64,000 nucleotides of DNA from NCBI GenBank assembly GCA_002269645.1, contig NIVC01000147.1, positions 9,570-73,569 of the forward strand, written 5' to 3'. Each line of letters opens with the position of its first letter. Within the stretch, counting starts at the first letter, position 1. The DNA comes from Macrostomum lignano. Lineage: Eukaryota. Below are positions 35,701 to 46,010 of this stretch, one piece after another. The notes beneath the pieces were generated by a model. It was not told the DNA's origin. It did no database searches and saw only the letters and a list, made by a program, of their open reading frames with translations. Both the position numbers and the translations under genes were made by a program.

Positions 35701-38668
35701 TGATCTCGTATCTTAATAGACATTATGGCCGTATGCAGGCATGCGCAATCCTGCTTGCGACGCCAAGTGAAAGTCAATAGCTTTAGCACTCAAGTTGTGA
35801 CAGAAGTTTATTGAAGTCAACCTCAGATCAGAAACACATTTAATAAGCATCGCAGCATAGCATTGGGGTGGGTGACAGAGATAAGGCATGCACGATGGAA
35901 TAGAGAATGAGCAACAATGTACACAGAGTACGCAAACCCTCACCAGACAAATAACCCACCCCAAACACTGACCCCAGAGCCCACAGTCCATAAAAGATCA
36001 GAGTCAGTCAGAGTCCAACAGTGTCTAATCATCTAGAGGTTTCGTATCTAATCACTCATTGGTGGCATATCTAATCATCAATTGCTGGCTTATCTAAACA
36101 TCAATAAGGGGCCTATTTAAACCTCACACATTTATGTCGTCCATTTACCTGTCTGCTGCCACTCTTCCGCAGGTGGGCGGAGTCGGCCTCACTCTGACTG
36201 CGGCAGACCGCGTAGTCATTCTGGACCCATCGTGGAACCCGGCGGTGGACGCTCAGGCGGTTGACAGGGCCTTCCGCATTGGGCAGAGTCGCAATGTACT
36301 GATCTACCGGCTCATCACGTGCGGCACTGTGGAAGAGAAGATCTACCGCCGACAGGTGTTCAAAGATGGTATCACCAGGCAGACAACTGGCATCGGCGAG
36401 GCTGACAAGGATCCTTATCGGTGAGCTTGGGTCTGTGTTCGAGTCTGAGCTTATGTAGTGCTTTTGATCGAGTTTCTCAGCAATATCGATCAAGTTTCCC
36501 AGCATTATCGATCAATATTCTTAGCTCTATCGATCGAGTTTTCCAGCAATATCGATCAAGTTTCCCAGCATTATCAATCAATATTCTTAGCTCTATCGAT
36601 CGAGTTTCCCAGCATTATCGATCAATATTCTTAGCATTATCGATCAATATTCTTAGCATTATCGATCAATATTCTCAGCATTATCGATCGAGTTTCTTAG
36701 CATTATCAATCGACATTCCCAGCATTATCAATCGATATTCTCAGCATTATCAATCGATATTCTCAGCATTATCAATCGACATTCCCAGCATTATCAATCG
36801 ATATTCTCGGCACTGTCGATCGAGTTTCTGAGCACAAATATTTGAGCAATTCATGAGCACTATTGCTGGAGTCTCTAACCCCAAAATTCGCCCACTCCCC
36901 CCTATGCTCAATCCGCCAGCTACTTCACAAAGCAAGAGCTGAGGGAGCTTTTCAAGCTGGACGATCACCTGAAGTCGCAGACGCAGCAGCAGCTGGCCGA
37001 GCTGCACAGCGGCCAGCGTCGCACCGATCCGGAGCTTGACGAGCACCTGGCCTACCTTCACAGCCTGAATGTGTTCGGCATCTCCGATCACGACCTGATG
37101 TTCACGCAGGCCGACGCCACGGAGCCCGACGTGGACGACAACAGCGAGGCCTCAGCCGCCGCTGCCGCCAGTATGTTCGGCGGTCCCGGGCTCGAATCCA
37201 CCACGATCGGAGCCGCTAATTCGGCTAAATTTGCCGAGCAGCGCCGGCGTCAGGTGGAGGAGACACTGGCTAGGGAGAACGAGGAGATGGCAGGCCGCAG
37301 GCTGGACCGCATCGATATGAGCCGCATGGAGCTGTCAGTGCTGCAGCCGGGCTCCGCTCGGCCGGCCAATGTGCGCGACCGGATTGAGGCCACCATGCAC
37401 CAGTTTGTGCCGCTCTCCCGGCCCAAAATTCCTCAGGTATGAAGTTTGCTAAAGTTTTTTAACTGTCTTTCTGAGCACTGATTATTCACTTTCTTCAAAT
37501 CTGAAACTTGCAGCCGCCGCGGCCTCGGCCTGTGTACGCCTCCGACTCGGCCTCGGCCGCCTTGGTTTCAGCTTCCGCCTCATCATCCGCCGGGGTTGAA
37601 GCGGCTGGCGTTCCAAGCCCGCCTCCTAGTCCGCCACTGCGGCAGCCGATGCCGCCGCCTCCGCCACCGCGGCAGCCTATGCCGCAACAGCCAGTGCCGC
37701 AACAGCCCGTGCCGCCGCAGCCAGTGCCGCAACAGCCAGTGCCGCAACAGCAAGTGCCGCAATCGCCGCCGACGCCGCCGCCCTCGGTGGCCCAGCTGTC
37801 TGAGAGCATCCACGCAATGAGCGTCTCCGAGGACAGCGTGGTTAGCGATGACCCGACGTTCGACAAGTCGAATCGAGGCGACACTTCGATGGCTGTCCAG
37901 CAGGCTGCTTCCGCAGCAGCCGACGTCAGCTTCGAGGACTCGCCGCTGGCCGTGCGCCTGCCGTCAGCTGGCCGCCGCAATGTCCGCCGGCTGGCCATCG
38001 ACTCCGACTCCGATGAGGCCGCCGATGATGAGCAGCAGGCGGGCGCCGCGGCTATGGAGGCCTCATGCGCGGCTTCGCCAGCCCCGCCGGCTCCTCAGAA
38101 GCTGATTGTGCCTGCCACGCCGGAGCGCCTCTCAGACAGTGCTCACGCCATGAGCTTCTCGGAAGCTGACGGAGAAGGCGAATTAGTGGAAGAGTCCGGC
38201 TCAGATGCCGGGTCAGATGCTGAGTCAGATGCTGGAGAGAACAACGAACCGATCGAAGTTGTTGAGCTGTCCTCGTCTGACGAGAGCCTTCAGGAGGCGC
38301 TGCAGAGTCGGCCGGTGCACAGCCTGCTGTCGCGGTCACTGGGCGCTGATGCTTCGGCCGCGGCGGCTGGGGACACGTCGGCGGTCTCGGGCGCCAGCTC
38401 GATCATCGGCAACAAGAGCCGCGGCAAGGTGGTCCTGGTGTCCGACTCGCCAGTCCAGTCGCGCTTGTCCACCCCCTCGGCCGCTGCAGCCGCAGGTCTC
38501 ACTGCCGTCGAGACACCGCCGCCGGCGCCTCTTCCGCACTCAGCGATGCAGCGGTGGTTCTCGACTCCAATGGCCTCTGGAGCTCCCGCTGCCACTCCCG
38601 CCACCGCTGCCGCCGACGCTGCCAGCACCCAGGCCGGTAATTGCATGTCCATTGACGGGGACGACTGA
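29789..38668 (+). CDS. ERCC6L: SNF2-family DNA translocase ERCC6L/PICH; exons 29789-30476, 31301-31650, 31933-32778, 36173-36420, 36920-37436 and 37514-38668 (1267 aa)
   Basis: N-terminal TPR-like helix pair, [11 protein letters not shown]|[71 protein letters not shown] and the PICH-type R|[11 protein letters not shown]. Splice phases sum to an open frame of 3804 nt. Confidence 0.96.
30580..31195. repeat. 22-bp minisatellite (AATATCCCCAACATCACCCTTT)n in ERCC6L intron 1
   Basis: About 27 units. Confidence 0.95.
31651..31725. repeat. (GTCT)n microsatellite starting at the ERCC6L intron 2 donor
   Basis: AAG|GTCTGTCTGTCT... Confidence 0.9.
32940..36020 (-). mobile_element. Decayed, 3'-truncated Gypsy LTR retrotransposon in ERCC6L intron 3
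   Basis: 5' LTR 36020-35768 (TG...CA, contains AATAAA). PBS TGGCGTCGCAAGCAGGAT at 35765-35748. Gag has Cys/His knuckles ([14 protein letters not shown]). Protease has DSGAS. RT has [10 protein letters not shown], with YxDD read as YQDG. RNase H has [19 protein letters not shown]. Integrase HHCC and the start of the core are present. Several frameshifts; no 3' LTR. Confidence 0.93.
36460..36825. repeat. Minisatellite of about 22 bp (ATCGATCAATATTCTTAGCATT) in ERCC6L intron 4
   Basis: Degenerate tandem units. Confidence 0.88.
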
Positions 38669-39177
38669 AGATCTGGCGCGGCAATGGGATCGGTGCTCTG
38701 GGGAACAATTACTAGAGCGTCCCGTTTGCAATTACATTCTCTTGACATTTGTTTCACATGAATTCGTCACACACTTTCGTTTACTTTTACTTTCAAATAT
38801 GCGCACGCTTATCTTTAGCTTTTCAATATTTTACGTTTTCTAGCGCATTTTTTGTTCCTTTTAGTGTGTTCTGATCTTCTGCAGCTTACTCAATCAATCA
38901 TGATCTGATGAGCGGGGGTGAAAGCTTGGCAAAATGGTAGAAGAGATCGTGTGGCATTTATGAGCAGTGCTCAAGCACCACAGAACGGCATTTTTCGTAG
39001 GCTGCTACTGTTACTGTTAACTATACTTCTGTGTAATACATCTACTCCAGCTATTATATAAAACCTGTTTGTTCGCTTCCGTTTTTTATTAGGATAATTC
39101 TTTCAACAGACTGATTGGGTTGGCTTCTCTTTCGTGTCCTTCTTTTGTTCGTGAGAATCTTGCAGCGAATTATAATA

Positions 39178-39285
39178 AGTAGTATCTATAGTTGACTAAG
39201 CAGTATCTATAGTTTACTAAGTAGTATATATAGTTTACTAAGTAGTATATGTAGTGCATATTGTTTTACTAAGTAGTATACAATT
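39178..39285. repeat. Short tandem repeat of about 21 bp (AAGTAGTATCTATAGTTTACT)
   Basis: 4-5 imperfect copies. Confidence 0.75.
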
Positions 39286-39309
39286 AACTGATTCAACAGT
39301 TAAGCATTG

Positions 39310-41200
39310 AATTTAGATTTTCCATTCCTCTCTACGCATCAATACCAAGTGGCAGAGCAGATCAGCGGTACACGGGTCTGACTCTCCGCTGTCACATTGC
39401 GATTCACACCCTCGAGGGCCGGGCCAGGCCCAAACCTCCAAGGCACTGGGAGAGTGTACATGTCTAACGATTATAAATTCAGAGCCTCTGTATACCCTGC
39501 GTGAGCGTGAGACGGACCGGACCGCACAGCGCATAAAGCTACCGAGTTCGATGGAATAATACTGCTACGCCGGTCGGGGTTGGCCAGGGTCCCGGCCGTG
39601 CCCACGGCTCCCCCCAGGAGCGGCCTCAGCGTTGGGCTCTCTCCGCCCGTCAACCGCCTGGGTCATATAGCCGCCTCGCTTTTGATTGTCTGTCTGAAGT
39701 GCATGGGAGCAGCTGTAGCTTTGCCATGTGTTGCGTGTACTCATTGTAGGCTCAGCCTATTAGCGCACTTCTATTCTTCATTTCTAAAGCCCTAGTAATA
39801 TACCGGCACTAGTGGTATCTGACTGATCTACGGGTGTTAAGTATAGTATCTGACTTGCAGATGTCAGTAGTATCGGTGCTGCAGATGTCAGTAGTATCTG
39901 TAAAGGTGTCAGTAGTATCTGATCTGCAGGTGTCAGTAGTATCCGTACTGCAGGTGTCAGTAGTATCTGACTTGCAGATGTCAGTAGTATCTGTGCTGCA
40001 GATGTCAGTAGTATCTGTACTGCAGGTGTCAGTAGTATCTGTACTGCAGGTGTCAGTAGTATCTGTGCCGCAGGTGTCAGTAGTATCTGATCTGCAGGTG
40101 TCAGTAGTATCTGTACTGCAGGTGTCAGTAGTATCTGTGCTGCAGGTGTCAGTAGTATCTGACTTGCAGATGTCAGTAGTATCTGTGCTGCAGATGTCAG
40201 TAGTATCTGTGCTGCAGATGTCAGTAGTATATTAAAGGTGTCAGTAGTATCTGATCTGCAGATGTCAGTAGTATCCGTACTGCAGGTGTCAGTAGTGTCT
40301 GTACTGCAGGTGTCAGTAGTATCTGTACTGCAGGTGTCAGTAGTATCCGTACTGCAGGTGTCAGTAGTATCTGTACTGCAGGTGTCAGTAGTATCCGTAC
40401 TGCCAGGTGTCAGTATTTTCAGTTCGACATTGGTCCTGTTTCCCCAGTTGATTGCATGGTTTTGGTCACCCGGATGCGGAGCCGGGCTCCGTCGATGCGC
40501 CACTGCAGATCTCTTGCACGGGCCAGTGAGCACAGTGAGAACAGGTTGACTTGACTTGACTTAGCTGCAGGGCTGTCCCGGAGGGGACACAGCGGGAAGG
40601 CGCGGGCGCCCATTCCGCTAGTCCCTGAACGGCCGACGCGTCGCTATGGACGGAGGGTTGGCGCCGCCCAGGGAGGTCCCCCAGTGTCGCCAGCAGCTAT
40701 GGTGCTCTCTGGAAAGGAGAGTTCAGCCCTGCGTGTGGCCCGAAGGTAGCGCATGAGCTGATTAAAGTTTTCGGGTTTGCACGCTTCAGTAATAGATGTG
40801 TGTGGCCCGAGGTAAGTGAGTCTGGCCCGCGTGAAGGCGGGACAGATGCTGACGAAATGCTCAGCGGTTTCGTCACCTGAGTTGCAGAAACTACAGGTGG
40901 CGTTGGTGGCGTTGCCCTGCAGGTACTGGTGCCTGGAGAAGCAGCCGTGACCAGAGAGGGTCATGGTGGCAGCCCGGATGTCTCTGCGCGAGAGGCGCAA
41001 GAGGAGCTTCCGGAGCTGGTGAGAGGGCTGAGGGACAGCGCCTCTGGATTGCCTGCAGTTCGTGCGGTTCGCCCAAGTCGAGCGGTGCTGAGTCCTGATC
41101 CACGCTTTGATGCGCGAGTCGATGACACAGCCAGGAATCGGGACAAGAGGTTCGGGGCCGAGAGAGGAGCCTTCTTCGATCTAAGCAGGTCGAAGAAGCC
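39310..41200 (-). mobile_element. 5'-truncated non-LTR retrotransposon 3' end (resembles the RNase H-bearing LOA/R1/I group); boundaries approximate
   Basis: The minus-strand frame reads GSSLGPEPLVPIP..AWIRTQHRSTW..NCRQSR..LLLRLSRRDIRAATMTLSGHGCFSRHQYLQG...CSFCNSGDETAEHFVSIC. This is the post-RNase H GPEP motif plus the C-terminal CCHC finger, with the stop at 40644. Confidence 0.78.
39830..40415. repeat. 24-bp minisatellite (GTGTCAGTAGTATCTGTACTGCAG)n
   Basis: Tandem units downstream of the LINE ORF. Confidence 0.95.
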
Positions 41201-41408
41201 GCACAGCAGCAAGGCGCGGCCCTGAAGCTGCGCTGGACTGAGTGGCTTCCCTAAAGATGAGTTCATGCGGACGGTGACGCTGCACCGGACGTGAAAGAAA
41301 AGCAAAAGAACAGGCAAATTTCAGAAAAGTTCAGCAGGAGGCCTTTGTGAGTATGGAGTCTGGATACCAGGTCACTAAACACTTGGAAAGTACCGCGGGG
41401 ACGTGAAA

Positions 41409-42115
41409 TGCTAAGGATCAGATGAAGCTACAACTGGCTAAGGATCAGATGAAGCTACAGCTGGCTAAGGATCAGATGAAGCTACTGCTGGCTAAGGATC
41501 AGATGAAGCTACAGCTGGCTAAGGATCAGATGAAGCTACTGCTTGCTAAGGATCAGATGCAGCTACTGCTGGCTAAGGATCAGATGAAGCTACAGCTGGC
41601 TAAGGATCAGATGCAGCTACAGCTGGCTAAGGATCAGATGAAGCTACAGCTGGCTAAAGATCAGATGAAGCTACAGCTGGCTAAGGATCAGATGAAGCTA
41701 CAGCTGGCTAAGGATCAGATGCAGCTACAACTGGCTAAGGATCAGATGCAGCTACTGCTGGCTAAGGATCAGATGAAGCTACAGCTGGCTAAGGATCAGA
41801 TGAAGCTACTTCTGGCTAAGGATCAGATGAAGCTACAGCTGGCTAAGGATCAGATGAAGCTACAGCTGGCTAAGGATCAGATGAAGCTACAGCTGGCTAA
41901 GGATCAGATGAAGCTACAGCTGGCTAAGGATCCGATGAAGCTACAACTGGCTAAGGATCAGATGAAGCTACAGCTGGCTAAGGATCAAATGAAGCTACTG
42001 CTGGCTAAGGATCAGATGCAGCTACTGCTGGCTAAGGATCAGATGAAGCTACAGCTGGCTAAGGATCAGATGAAGCTACTGCTGGCTAAGGATCAGATGA
42101 AGCTACAGCTGGCTG
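41409..42115. repeat. 27-bp minisatellite (GCTAAGGATCAGATGAAGCTACAGCTG)n
   Basis: About 26 units. They explain the KLQLAKDQM pseudo-ORF. Confidence 0.96.
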
Positions 42116-42967
42116 GGATCAGTGCTGCTCTGGGTTTATTTTCTCACTCCGCCTTGGGTAATGATTGAACAATGCATTGTTGAAGTGAAAAAAAGTTTTA
42201 TTGCCAATGCTTTGAGATTAAACCTGCCACCACATACTGAACTCGTGTTGACTCAGTCATATTTACCCAGCTCTGTAAAAGTTCACTGTTGTCTCTCAAT
42301 GCAGCAGCACCAGCTGCCCGTGGTCGCCAGGGGTTAGTGAAATGAGCTGCAACGCCTCGCTGCATCCGGATGTCCGGAGCCCCCAGCAGCTAAGTCAAGT
42401 AATTCTCTCAATGCGTGTTTTCTGTTGTCTTCTGGATGTGGCTGTGCTGCACGTGATTAGTGATGGATGCAGGCTCTGCTTCAGGGTTTTTTTAGTCAGA
42501 GGCAGGAGGCTGTGTGCACCCTGCATGGCACACTTTAAGCGACATTGCCACACAACCGGCGAGAGGCATTGCTGCCCATTCTGCCGACTCCAGTCATGCT
42601 CAGACGCAGTCATACGCACAGGCACGCACTCACACAGTAGTGTACAGCGCCTCTAACTTCACTGTGCCTTGGGGGTTGGCCCTCAAGGGCATTAATTGCA
42701 CGAGCACAGCCAAGCCGAGATTCCAATTTTAGCCCCAAATACCGGTAAATGACTGTACTTGAAATCAAGTCTGGGCCGATGGCGCATCAAGCCGTTTGCA
42801 GCTGGCCGCTAGTCCCGGCAATAGTCGGGAGACAGAATTCCCACTCGAAGGGCCAGTTGTCTCATCTCGCTAATTGTATTTAAAAGCAAATCGGCCATCA
42901 AAGCGAGTCAAGTGTCAATTACTTTTGCTTTTAAGCGCCGGCATTTGTGCAATTGCTGACTTGGAAA

Positions 42968-43234
42968 TCAGCCGGGGTACGCGGCCGGCCCGTACTGCTG
43001 CAAGTAGCGCCGTCGCAGGCGCAGCTGAACCGCACCTCCGCCTAGAAGGCCACCGTTGATCCGCTTCTCCTCATCCTCCCAGGAGTCGTCGTCGTCAACT
43101 TCTTCAGCGTCGCCGTCGTTGTCGTCGTTCTCGACGTCCTCGACAGAGACGGCTAGCCGCAGAGCAGACAGGTGCAACAGGAGCAGCAGTGGGAGCAGAG
43201 CTTGGCAGAACCGTGAGCTCATCTCCATTCGCAA
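42968..43234 (-). CDS. Putative secreted neuropeptide/prohormone precursor, 88 aa
   Basis: Hydrophobic signal peptide, acidic propeptide, KR and RLRRR cleavage sites, and a C-terminal Gly immediately before the stop. GC-rich single exon. Confidence 0.72.
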   Translation of the reverse strand: MRMEMSSRFCQALLPLLLLLHLSALRLAVSVEDVENDDNDGDAEEVDDDDSWEDEEKRINGGLLGGGAVQLRLRRRYLQQYGPAAYPG

Positions 43235-43288
43235 ATGCCGAATCGCTTGGAGATGTGAGAGCGGCGCAGCTCTTTATTTTGCTTGCTG

Positions 43289-43324
<36 letters not shown>

Positions 43325-43699
43325 GACGGCTGGATGGCGAGTGCTCAACTTGGACTCAGCTCACGCAGAGTCGCATGGATGTACACTTGGTCTTTTCTTT
43401 TTGCGTTTTGTAACTGTCCAGCATTATTCTCTCACTTGAGAAGGCCAATGTTAGTTCAGATTTGAGAGTCGGAAAAGATGTGAGATTAGGGCAGTTTTGA
43501 GCTGTTTGGTGTGCAAACATTCGTTTGGTTAGAGATTCACATCTACCTGGCACTGGCTGTGTGCTGTAACTGTCTGTCACCTTATATTTACCTGGAGAAG
43601 AGGTGGAAATTAATGTACATGGTTTGAATATATAAATGTGTGGATAAATCTGATTTCCTCATCATGTTGCACCATTCCAGTAACGTTTGGGCAGATAAA

Positions 43700-44000
43700 G
43701 CTGTGGGTAGAGTCAGGCAGATCAAGCGGGTACAGTCAGAATTCTCAACCCGCACGGAACAATTTGTATCCTTGAGCAGCAAGACACTTAACTCTGCATT
43801 GCTCCAGTTCACCCAGCTGTAAAATGGGTGCCAGCATTAGCTGGGGTAATTGAGGGCGTGTGTGGCGACCCCCAGACCTTGGACTGAACAGCCGTACGCA
43901 GCCTTCAGATGCGCCGCGCAATAGCTGCGGCTGAGCTGTCGGTTGCACATCTGCCCACTAGGGCAGTTGTAATCAATTATTATTATCATTATTATTATTA
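43700..44000 (+). mobile_element. tRNA-derived SINE, copy 1, with (ATT)n tail
   Basis: Body TCCTTGAGCA..AAGACACTTAACTC..TTCACCCAGCTGTAAAATGGGTGCCAGCATTAGCTGGGG is shared with three other copies. Confidence 0.8.
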
Positions 44001-44269
44001 GTGAGCAAAAAGAGATCATTTGATTAGCTTAAATTTGCAGCTAGCATTGGCTCAGCCATGCTGCCAGTCCAGATGTCTAACTTGTAATGTCCCTGAACGT
44101 CCCTTCTCCGACAAGCCCCCTCTCTCGATGCCTCGTATTCTCCTGAGCTATAAGACCAGTTAGATAACAGATTCCGTCTTGCCGTTTTGGTTCCGGGTTC
44201 GGCAAACTTTACCTCAAGGGCCAGGGTAAAGAATCCAGATCGTGGCTGCGGGCGAGATGAGAGATGAGA

Positions 44270-44710
44270 GGAGAGGGGAGAGCCGAGATAGGAAATGAGA
44301 GGGAAAATGAGATAAGAGCTAGGAAGAGATAAGAGAAGAGAAAGAAAATGAGATGAGAGCTAGGATGGGATAAGAGAAGAGAAAGAAAATGAGATGAGAG
44401 CTAGGATGAGATAAGAGAAGAGAAAGAAAATGAGATGAGAGCTAGGATGAGATAAGAGAAGAGAAAGAAAATGAGATGAGAGCTTGGATGAGATAAGAGA
44501 AGAGAAGAAAATGAGATGAGAGCTAGGACGAGATAAGTGAAGAGAAAGAAAATGGGATAAGAAGAGAGCCAGGAAGAGATAAGAGAAGAGAAAGAAAATG
44601 AGATGAGAGCTAGGAAGAGATAAGAGAAGAGAAAGAAAATGAGATGAGAGCTAGGATGAGATAAGAGAAGAGAAAGAAGATGAGATGAGAGCTAGGATGA
44701 GATAGGAGAT
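44270..44710. repeat. Purine-rich minisatellite of about 41 bp (GAGATGAGAGCTAGGATGAGATAAGAGAAGAGAAAGAAAAT)n
   Basis: About 10 units. Confidence 0.92.
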
Positions 44711-44876
44711 TATTTAATTTGATGATAGTTTTATGAAGAGGACGCACATTTTTTCAATCTTAAAACCGCACATTTAGCTTCGATGCGCCTCTTCCCCTAC
44801 TATCAGTAGGCTAGCCTAGGATTTTCTCTCTATTCTCTCACCTAGGCCGAGTCCTATGCTATCTTATGACATTACT

Positions 44877-44910
44877 CAGGGACTACTCAAACATGTTTGA
44901 GTAGTCCCTG
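44877..44910. mobile_element. 34-bp perfect palindrome flanked by an 8-bp target-site-like duplication (TIR-only hAT-like element)
   Basis: CAGGGACTACTCAAACA|TGTTTGAGTAGTCCCTG with flanks ACATTACT and ACATTGCT (7 of 8 identical). Confidence 0.7.
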
Positions 44911-44922
44911 ACATTGCTATGC

Positions 44923-45810
44923 ACTTTTGGTGACAATAACACGCGCGTGGGATGCGTGTTAATGTCATTTCGGACATTAACACGCAACGGCAATTTAAAC
45001 AATAACAAAGGGTAAATTTTATTTTTTATGTTAGAAAAACATCAAAAACTGTTCAACAAAGAAATCGTATGTTAATCATTTAATACCAGGCCTACACAGA
45101 AACGTCACTCAAAAAGAATATCGATCAGATTGCGACTGCCACCAATGGTCACTTTCATCTTCTTTGACGGAGCAGCCTGCACACGTAGTGCGCCGTCGGT
45201 CTGGACAGGCTCTTGATAAACGTCCGCACATTCCTCCATCGTAGCCTCGCTTATTGTGATTGGATTTTGGACGAGCTAGCTTAACGATCTTTCACTTTCG
45301 CCCAGTGATGAGCAAGATCTCCTGGATAGTCTGGCCACAGGCATCCAGGTGGCACGCTTTTGGTGCTTTTGGTGACTTTTGGTGACAATAACACGCGCGT
45401 GGGATGCGTGTTAATGTCATTTTGGACATTAACACGCAACGGCAATTTAAACAATAACAAAGGGTAAATTTTATTTTTTATGTTAGAAAAACATCAAAAA
45501 CTGTTCAACAAAGAAATCGTATGTTAATCATTTAATACCAGGCCTACACAGAAACGTCACTCAAAAAGAATATCGATCAGATTGCGACTGCCACCAATGG
45601 TCACTTTCATCTTCTTTGACGGAGCAGCCTGCACACGTAGTGCGCCGTCGGTCTGGACAGGCTCTTGATAAACGTCCGCACATTCCTCCATCGTAGCCTC
45701 GCTTATTGTGATTGGATTTTGGACGAGCTAGCTTAACGATCTTTCACTTTCGCCCAGTGATGAGCAAGATCTCCTGGATAGTCTGGCCACAGGCATCCAG
45801 GTGGCACGCT
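44923..45810. repeat. Near-identical 436-bp tandem duplication (44923-45358 and 45375-45810)
   Basis: Period of 452 bp. The 16-bp junction is made of TTTGGTG stutters. Confidence 0.95.
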
Positions 45811-46010
45811 CTAGTTACTCTGCAGTTTAAGAAAAGTTGGCAACTGATTTGTCTAGATTCAAATGTGTTCACAGAGACACATGAATATGGTGGGCAAAAG
45901 TACAGGTCAAACTACCTACCATATGCAGCGGTCGGTGTACACCTTAGTAAGGCCTGCTTTCTCACTGACGTTCTTCATAAACTCAAGAAGATAGCGAAAG
46001 CCTCTAGCAG
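45557..46010 (-). pseudogene. Decayed Crypton-type tyrosine recombinase, C-terminal region, with a 100-bp GT-AG intron (45919-45820)
   Basis: LLEFMKNVSEKAGLTKVYTDRCI[*]|VTRACHLDACGQTIQEILLITG~(K)SERSL resembles the Crypton pattern MKxISxxAGLxxxYTNHxLRAT...IMxxTGHKSxxSL. It has an in-frame stop at the splice junction and a frameshift at the TGH position. Confidence 0.72.

Noticed and set aside
38885-38935. Hammerhead-like core CTGATGAGCGGGGGTGAAA
   Set aside because: Stem II is minimal and I could not build stems I and III around a valid cleavage triplet.
41422-42168. Long periodic ORFs (KLQLAKDQM, SDYPSLIV, VSVTPYPC, DWGKGCRLLK, SIYL, VSAGGW and others)
   Set aside because: They are translations of tandem repeats whose unit length is a multiple of three, with no unique coding flanks.
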